In this document: positions 58,766 through 64,000 of the stretch, one piece after another
Numbering within the stretch: the first letter of the stretch is position 1
How the letters are laid out: each line of letters begins with the position of its first letter
The notes under the pieces: model-generated
Database searches by the model: none
What the model was told of the DNA's origin: nothing
Seen by the model: the letters and a program-made list of their open reading frames with translations, nothing else
Program-made: the position numbers and the translations under genes
Virus record (IMG/VR): IMGVR_UViG_3300016744_000001
Direction: 5' to 3' (one strand)
Length of the DNA: 64,000 nt
Source: a virus
Taxonomy: Duplodnaviria; Caudoviricetes

Positions 58766-61700
58766 TTAGCTGCACTTGCTGTAGCCACAAGAATGGCAAC
58801 AAGCACAACCACCTTCATGGCGGAGAGCCTTTTCACCACACTGTGGGCAGATGCCACATTGGATCGAAGACACAGGCAGGTCATCATCAGTGGTGTCATC
58901 ACCCCAAGCACTGGAGGTCTCAGTCTGACCTTCCTGAGCGTAGGTTTCAAGCACCCGAGCGATGACTGACATCATGTCGTTCACAGTAAAGGCAGCTTTG
59001 CGCAACTGGCTGATGATGATACAAACATCCACACCAGCACGAAGGCCAACACTAATCATGCGCATCAAGGCAGTCCACAATGACAGCTTTTCCTGATAGT
59101 CAGCATGATCAAAGATGTCGTTCGCAGTGCTCACCTTCCTCGGGAGGGAGGAGATGAAGATTTCCATGGGACGATTCTTTTCGTTCATGGAAACGACGAT
59201 GTACATCTTGCAACCGTTCCAGTAGACTTCATGCCGTTCAGCAAGAGTCTTCTTGGGCATCTCAATGATTTCACCCCACTTCAGAGCAAGCGTCATTTCC
59301 TTTTCCTCTTTCTGTTTGGGGGCAGAGTGAGCTGCCGGTTTCTGAGTGGGGGCGGCAGGAGCTTCTTCTGCCTTCTTGTCTGCTTCTTTGGTGACCGTCA
59401 GTTCGTCAGGAGAAGGCAGTTCACTGGTAATTTCCTGTATCGACAGGGAAAGACCATGTTCACCCGGAGTGGAGATTTCAGCAAGGAAATGCCGGTCTTC
59501 TTCAGGGATGTTCACATAGTAACTGTTTTTCTGACCAACCATTTTAAGATCATGACTGATAGAACAAATCGTCGCAGTATCTTCCTGTTTAATGCCAGTA
59601 AACAGGTGATACGCTTTACCACCACGGACGCACATGACTGGATTCTTCTTCACCAATGCCAAGAAAGGAGTATGTGATTCCCGGAACTCACCCGTGGATT
59701 CAAAAAGGATCTCTTCATCGTAGTTGACAAAGAGACTTCCAGAAAACAACTTGTCCAGCTTCTTGCTGGGGATCTTCTGTGTTTCCTTTTGTTCCCCAGC
59801 ATTGAGTGTGGCAATGGCTTCAGCCAACAGCGTGATCCGGTGTTCCCGAACATGGAGGTTCAAGACAATCACAATGTTACGATTGTAACACGGCAATGTG
59901 AACTGGTAGTTGCCTTTGTGATTCTTCAATTCGGGGTTGAACAGCACACACGAATATGTGTGGAAGTCCTTGATTTCACTGAAGAGGTTGGTTCCGTTGT
60001 TCAGTGCCGGTTTGGTTGCAACAAAACGTAAGAAGCTCTGCGCGAGCTGGTTGTCACCCACAAAATCAGCGGATTCTACGGTTACCCACTGACCATGTTC
60101 AAAGACCATGTGGTCAGAGAACGGAAGTGCGAATGAGGATTCGTCTACTGGGATGTCGACGTTGGTCGAGTCTTCAATCTTGCTGATTTCAAAGATCACA
60201 CCAGTATCAGTGACATTCAGTTTGAAGTTCAACAAGCCATGCTTTGAATCGGTGATCTTAAAACCAAAAGATCCCTGACCAAAAGATTTGAGCTTAGCAT
60301 CAACGTGCATTTCGTACATGCCATTAAAGTAGCTTTCATCACACCACAGGATCGTCTTGTGTTCAAGTGTAGGACCGAACTCAGCAAATGTCAAGAACAC
60401 CTGGTTATTTTCCCAGTGTGGTCCTTTGGGATCAAGGTAGATCTTTTCCCCGTACTTCAGTACCGTTCCAGACCAAGGGAGGAGACCATAGTCTTCAGGA
60501 CCAGTGGTCATTTCCTCAGTCGTGCTCTGGCTACCAGTGCTCTGAAGATCAAGAGTACTTGCACTTTCTTCAACCACGTTTTGATGATCATCGGTGGGCT
60601 CCTCAGCAGTTTCGATCGCAGACAGCACGCCGGTCAAGCTACCATCACGGTAGATGGTAATGCCCTTGAGCTCTTGTTCATGAGCGTACAGGTAGATGTT
60701 CATGATGTCTTCAGGCTTGCAGTCAGTAGGCAGGTTCACAGTCGAAGAGATCGAACTGTCACAGTACTTCTGGCAAGCCTGTTGGATGGCAATGCGATCT
60801 TCAAAGCCCAGCTCGTGAGCTTCAACCACATTGTACATCTCCTTCACAAACTTCTTGGTCAGTTTGCGACGATCTACTTTACCAGCTTTGATCACTTCCA
60901 CCAAGTGACGAGCAACCGGAGCGTGGCATGCAAGGTATTCCTGCTTGTCACCAACACGGGTGCGGCGGGTGTAGAACATGGCGAACACCGGTTCAATACC
61001 AGACGAACAGTTGTTCGCAAGAATCGACAGTGAACCGGTCGGACCAACCGTATTGAAGGCAACGTTGCGCAGACCACCAACTTCACGGATCTCGTGATAC
61101 ATCGGGTGGGTTTCACCATACAGGTGCTGCAGATACGGCGAGGCGATCAGTTCTTCCACGGCATTCGGGTGCTGCTTGTAGTAGTCACACACCGTAAACT
61201 GTTTGGCCAACTCCAATGAAGTGCCGATCTCGATCATGGCTTTGCTGCGCATGATCCCTTCAATGAATTCGATTGTGTTGGCATGGTTGCCGTACTTGAG
61301 ACCGAGCATGGACAGTGTATCAGCAAGACCAGTGAACTCAATACCGATGCGCTTGGCATAGTGTTCAAGGTCACGCTGCTGCTGCAGAGGGTGCATTGTT
61401 TCGTTTAGGTCACTGAAGATGTTCATGACCACAGTGGCAGCATTGCAGTTTTGCATCCAAAGGTCGTCGTTGAACGTGGCGTCCTTCGTCCAAGGATTGT
61501 CAACATACTTGGAGATGACGTGAGCACCCAACAGACAGCTACCACCAGCATACGACGGGATCTCGGAACACGGATTGGTGCAGACCAGACGAAGCTTGGG
61601 ATCGTTCTGGTTGATGGTGGTCCAGCCAGTGACCTGATCCCAGAAAAGAGCACCTGGATCACCACGGAGCCAAGCAGCCGTGCAAGCATCCATGAAGATC

Positions 61701-62812
61701 TGTTTCGCCGAAGGGATCTTGGCAAGCACACGACAGGGATTAGCACCGTTGTGATGCTGTTGGATTAGCTGATGCAGTTGAGCCACGTTCTGGATCAGAA
61801 TGAACTGATCACCAAACTGGAGATGGTGACCGACGAAGTAAAATTCGTTGTCACGTGTGACGTAGGCTTCGTAGGTGTCGTACTTCTTCAGCTTGCCACC
61901 AATGGCTTCCCAGTGAGCGTAGTCACCATCCCACTCACGGTTGTAAAGCTCTTTGTCCGCTTCAATGTCAGGGAAGATACATTCCCAAGGCTGATCGTTC
62001 TTCACAGCTTCCATGAATTCATCAGTGAACTTCACGGAGATGTTTGCGCCATCAATCGCAGGAAGTTTGCCGCTGTGACATTCTTCCGTGATCCGGCTGA
62101 TGAAGTGGTTGAGCTGGTCTTTGTTGTCCGGTTTGGATTCACTGACCAAAGTCTGCAACGCCGTTACCAGAGGGAGGATCTTCTTCTGGGAAGAGTTCTT
62201 GTTCAGAAAATCGTTCTGGAACACACGAGCCGGATCGGCCTTACACCAGATGTACCGCATGATGTCAGGATGACGAACATCCATGGTCAACATCATCGCG
62301 CCCCGGCGACCATTCTGACCAATGGTTTCCGTCACAGAAGAGAACAATGGCATGAACGACACAGCACCAGAGGAGGTCTTTGCCGCGTTATGAACAGTGG
62401 TGCCCTGCGGACGCAGAACCGTGATGTCAACACCACAACCACCACGGTAGCTATACGTGCGAGCCATCTCACCAAGAATTTTGAAGATGGATTCAATGCT
62501 GTCGTTTTCCATCTTCATGACGTAGCAATTCGACAGGGATGATTTCTTGTTGGCATTGGTGGTCAACCCAGCAAGAATTGATCCAGCTGGCAAAAAGTAA
62601 CCACCCCGCAGCATCGTCACGACGTCGTCAAGCTGATCCGTTTTATAGCCCAGGGCTTTACCTTTGGTCATAACGATCGTGCAGATCCGTTCGATGACAT
62701 CGGAGAAAGTTTGTTCATCACCCTGAACATACTTTTCCTTTACCATGTTGTTCACCATGGCATTGGTTTCATCGATTGCTGCTGTCAGCCCATCCAAAGT
62801 GATACTGGCCAT
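58766..62812 (-). CDS. nrdJ: Class II (adenosylcobalamin-dependent) ribonucleotide reductase with a large insert and a C-terminal TSCPD-like domain
   Basis: SLSNCY, GQNGRRGAMM, TNPCSEI, PTGSLS, SSGIEP, SSTVNLP, KGITIYRDGS; C-terminal CPQCG...GC..C.SCGYSKC. Confidence 0.92.
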   Translation of the reverse strand: MASITLDGLTAAIDETNAMVNNMVKEKYVQGDEQTFSDVIERICTIVMTKGKALGYKTDQLDDVVTMLRGGYFLPAGSILAGLTTNANKKSSLSNCYVMKMENDSIESIFKILGEMARTYSYRGGCGVDITVLRPQGTTVHNAAKTSSGAVSFMPLFSSVTETIGQNGRRGAMMLTMDVRHPDIMRYIWCKADPARVFQNDFLNKNSSQKKILPLVTALQTLVSESKPDNKDQLNHFISRITEECHSGKLPAIDGANISVKFTDEFMEAVKNDQPWECIFPDIEADKELYNREWDGDYAHWEAIGGKLKKYDTYEAYVTRDNEFYFVGHHLQFGDQFILIQNVAQLHQLIQQHHNGANPCRVLAKIPSAKQIFMDACTAAWLRGDPGALFWDQVTGWTTINQNDPKLRLVCTNPCSEIPSYAGGSCLLGAHVISKYVDNPWTKDATFNDDLWMQNCNAATVVMNIFSDLNETMHPLQQQRDLEHYAKRIGIEFTGLADTLSMLGLKYGNHANTIEFIEGIMRSKAMIEIGTSLELAKQFTVCDYYKQHPNAVEELIASPYLQHLYGETHPMYHEIREVGGLRNVAFNTVGPTGSLSILANNCSSGIEPVFAMFYTRRTRVGDKQEYLACHAPVARHLVEVIKAGKVDRRKLTKKFVKEMYNVVEAHELGFEDRIAIQQACQKYCDSSISSTVNLPTDCKPEDIMNIYLYAHEQELKGITIYRDGSLTGVLSAIETAEEPTDDHQNVVEESASTLDLQSTGSQSTTEEMTTGPEDYGLLPWSGTVLKYGEKIYLDPKGPHWENNQVFLTFAEFGPTLEHKTILWCDESYFNGMYEMHVDAKLKSFGQGSFGFKITDSKHGLLNFKLNVTDTGVIFEISKIEDSTNVDIPVDESSFALPFSDHMVFEHGQWVTVESADFVGDNQLAQSFLRFVATKPALNNGTNLFSEIKDFHTYSCVLFNPELKNHKGNYQFTLPCYNRNIVIVLNLHVREHRITLLAEAIATLNAGEQKETQKIPSKKLDKLFSGSLFVNYDEEILFESTGEFRESHTPFLALVKKNPVMCVRGGKAYHLFTGIKQEDTATICSISHDLKMVGQKNSYYVNIPEEDRHFLAEISTPGEHGLSLSIQEITSELPSPDELTVTKEADKKAEEAPAAPTQKPAAHSAPKQKEEKEMTLALKWGEIIEMPKKTLAERHEVYWNGCKMYIVVSMNEKNRPMEIFISSLPRKVSTANDIFDHADYQEKLSLWTALMRMISVGLRAGVDVCIIISQLRKAAFTVNDMMSVIARVLETYAQEGQTETSSAWGDDTTDDDLPVSSIQCGICPQCGEKALRHEGGCACCHSCGYSKCS

Positions 62813-62933
62813 AAATGCTCCTTTAAACCCAATATTTTTTAAGGAAATCAAACTTTTGTAAACATTTGATATGTGGTCACAGTTAGACTACACATGCCGT
62901 GTGGAACAGTTTAAAGATTGTTGTTTAACATAT

Positions 62934-62963
62934 CTCAGAGCAAGGGAACCCCCTTGCTCTGAG
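62934..62963. terminator. 13-bp stem hairpin
   Basis: CTCAGAGCAAGGG-AACC-CCCTTGCTCTGAG. Confidence 0.65.
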
Positions 62964-62967
62964 TGTT

Positions 62968-63483
62968 CTAAAGACTACCTGAAAAGTTTCTGAAATCACG
63001 GATTTCAAGTGTCCCGTTGTTTTTAAGCGCCACATCAAACAGACGAGATGAGACGCGATTGATGGCGTAAACTTCAGAATGCTGATTGGGGATATCTGGT
63101 TGACCAATGATTTCCCAACCTTCCAGTCGGCAAAGCTCAAGGAAATCATCTTTGAGTTCACTACTGAGTGGCTCAAGAAACACGATCTCTTTGTCTTGAG
63201 CGATGGCGTACATGATTTCATCCCAAGCACCCATGCCGATGTACCCATCTTTGTTCAATACAAAGATCTTATCCGACTGCCTGATCTTCTTAAGATAGAC
63301 ACGGTCCAGCAAACGCTTGAGCGGACTGTTCATGTCAAGATCTTCCTGATGACCAAAGAGACCAACAGTGTGGACGATATTGCCAGCGATCGTCAGATCA
63401 CGCATCGCTTTTGCCCAGACTTCAGGAAAACGAGTTGAACCAACAAGAGTGATCGTTTTGATATCGTTATCTGAGATAGTCAT
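62968..63483 (-). CDS. Nucleoside 2-deoxyribosyltransferase/N-glycosidase-fold protein
   Basis: ITLVGSTRF...KKIRQSDKIFVLNKDGYIG.G...EIMYA...KEIVFLE pattern; GGAGGGAG RBS. Confidence 0.65.
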   Translation of the reverse strand: MTISDNDIKTITLVGSTRFPEVWAKAMRDLTIAGNIVHTVGLFGHQEDLDMNSPLKRLLDRVYLKKIRQSDKIFVLNKDGYIGMGAWDEIMYAIAQDKEIVFLEPLSSELKDDFLELCRLEGWEIIGQPDIPNQHSEVYAINRVSSRLFDVALKNNGTLEIRDFRNFSGSL

Positions 63484-63760
63484 ACATGCTCCCTCCGATG
63501 ATCTTTCCATTGCGATCAAAAACGATCACTGCCTGACCAGGCTTTCGATATCTGGTAACATCAGCAATTTGGGCAACCTTGGCTTCATCCTGATAAGTGA
63601 CCATGTGTTCTTTGGCGTGTTTCTGCAGTTCAGTCATGATTGACTTACCCGCTTCTGGATCAGCCAAGTACTTGTCCAACTTAGGACGATTCTGTTCAAG
63701 TCGATCTCGTTCCGCCCAGAGTCTTTCAATATCTTCAAAAGTGTGAACACTTGTGCTCAT
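63467..63760 (-). CDS. Small hypothetical protein
   Basis: 97 aa; AGGTGA RBS; coupled to both neighbours. Confidence 0.6.
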   Translation of the reverse strand: MSTSVHTFEDIERLWAERDRLEQNRPKLDKYLADPEAGKSIMTELQKHAKEHMVTYQDEAKVAQIADVTRYRKPGQAVIVFDRNGKIIGGSMYDYLR

Positions 63761-63763
63761 GAC

Positions 63764-64000
63764 TCACCTGTATTTGGCGATGTAGTTTTGTAGTGTGAGT
63801 GGGTCCATGTGACTGATTTGCGGCGCATACGGACCAAAACCAACAAGCATCATCGCCTTTTGTTTCCGGTTAAGAAACTTAAAAGTTTTCAGATCTTCCT
63901 CACTCAAGTAGTTAATGAAGTTCAGAAACACATGAGTGGGTTTGATATACTTGAGTGACCGCTCGTATTGTTCTTTTGAAAACGTAAATACCCGACGAAC
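63764..64000 (-). CDS. purZ: C-terminal 78 aa of an adenylosuccinate-synthetase-family protein with the PurZ signature (5' part outside the window)
   Basis: Hand translation: VRRVFTFSKEQYERSLKYIKPTHVFLNFINYLSEEDLKTFKFLNRKQKAMMLVGFGPYAPQISHMDPLTLQNYIAKYR*; aligns without gaps to PurA RR.GW.D...LTKLD, with NFIN replacing TKLD, and has a later GxGP. Confidence 0.65.
   Translation of the reverse strand, partial: VRRVFTFSKEQYERSLKYIKPTHVFLNFINYLSEEDLKTFKFLNRKQKAMMLVGFGPYAPQISHMDPLTLQNYIAKYR

Noticed and set aside
59290-60600. RNR insert as an intein or intron
   Set aside because: No C/S start with HN-C/S/T end, no LAGLIDADG or HNH motif, the frame is uninterrupted, and it lies in a linker rather than a conserved motif.
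1321-62963. Palindromes as CRISPR repeats or MITE/REP elements
   Set aside because: Dispersed singly at gene ends, differing in sequence, with no spacers or target-site duplications.
1-64000. Stop-codon reassignment
   Set aside because: Long conserved genes are intact in code 11, and TAA, TAG and TGA all end genes next to hairpins.
1-64000. tRNA or rRNA genes
   Set aside because: No cloverleaf or T-loop signature noticed in the short intergenic gaps by eye; a tRNAscan-SE run would be needed to exclude them.

Overview
A 64-kb segment of a phiKZ-like jumbo phage genome (probably Chimalliviridae-related; no chimallin or tubulin gene recognised here). It contains three virion RNA polymerase subunits, one non-virion RNAP beta fragment, the polymerase half of a split family-B DNA polymerase, tail and internal-head modules, a divergent GroEL, an M15 endolysin cassette and a class II ribonucleotide reductase. 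Six phiKZ-type early promoter motifs (TATATTAC and one-mismatch variants) and about 21 long GC-rich intergenic palindromes punctuate the region. Most notable: (1) at the right edge, missing from the ORF track, is the C-terminus of an adenylosuccinate-synthetase-family protein with the PurZ-type N-F-x-N signature, upstream of a nucleotide N-glycosidase-like gene and the RNR, suggesting a possible 2-aminoadenine (Z) pathway in a jumbo phage; (2) an ASCH/PUA-like domain appears inserted in the virion RNAP beta' subunit; (3) a -1 frameshift signal would fuse two putative tail-chaperone ORFs; (4) the RNR carries a roughly 430-aa insert with three apparent repeats. phiKZ gp equivalences come from recalled motifs and gene order, not from searches.
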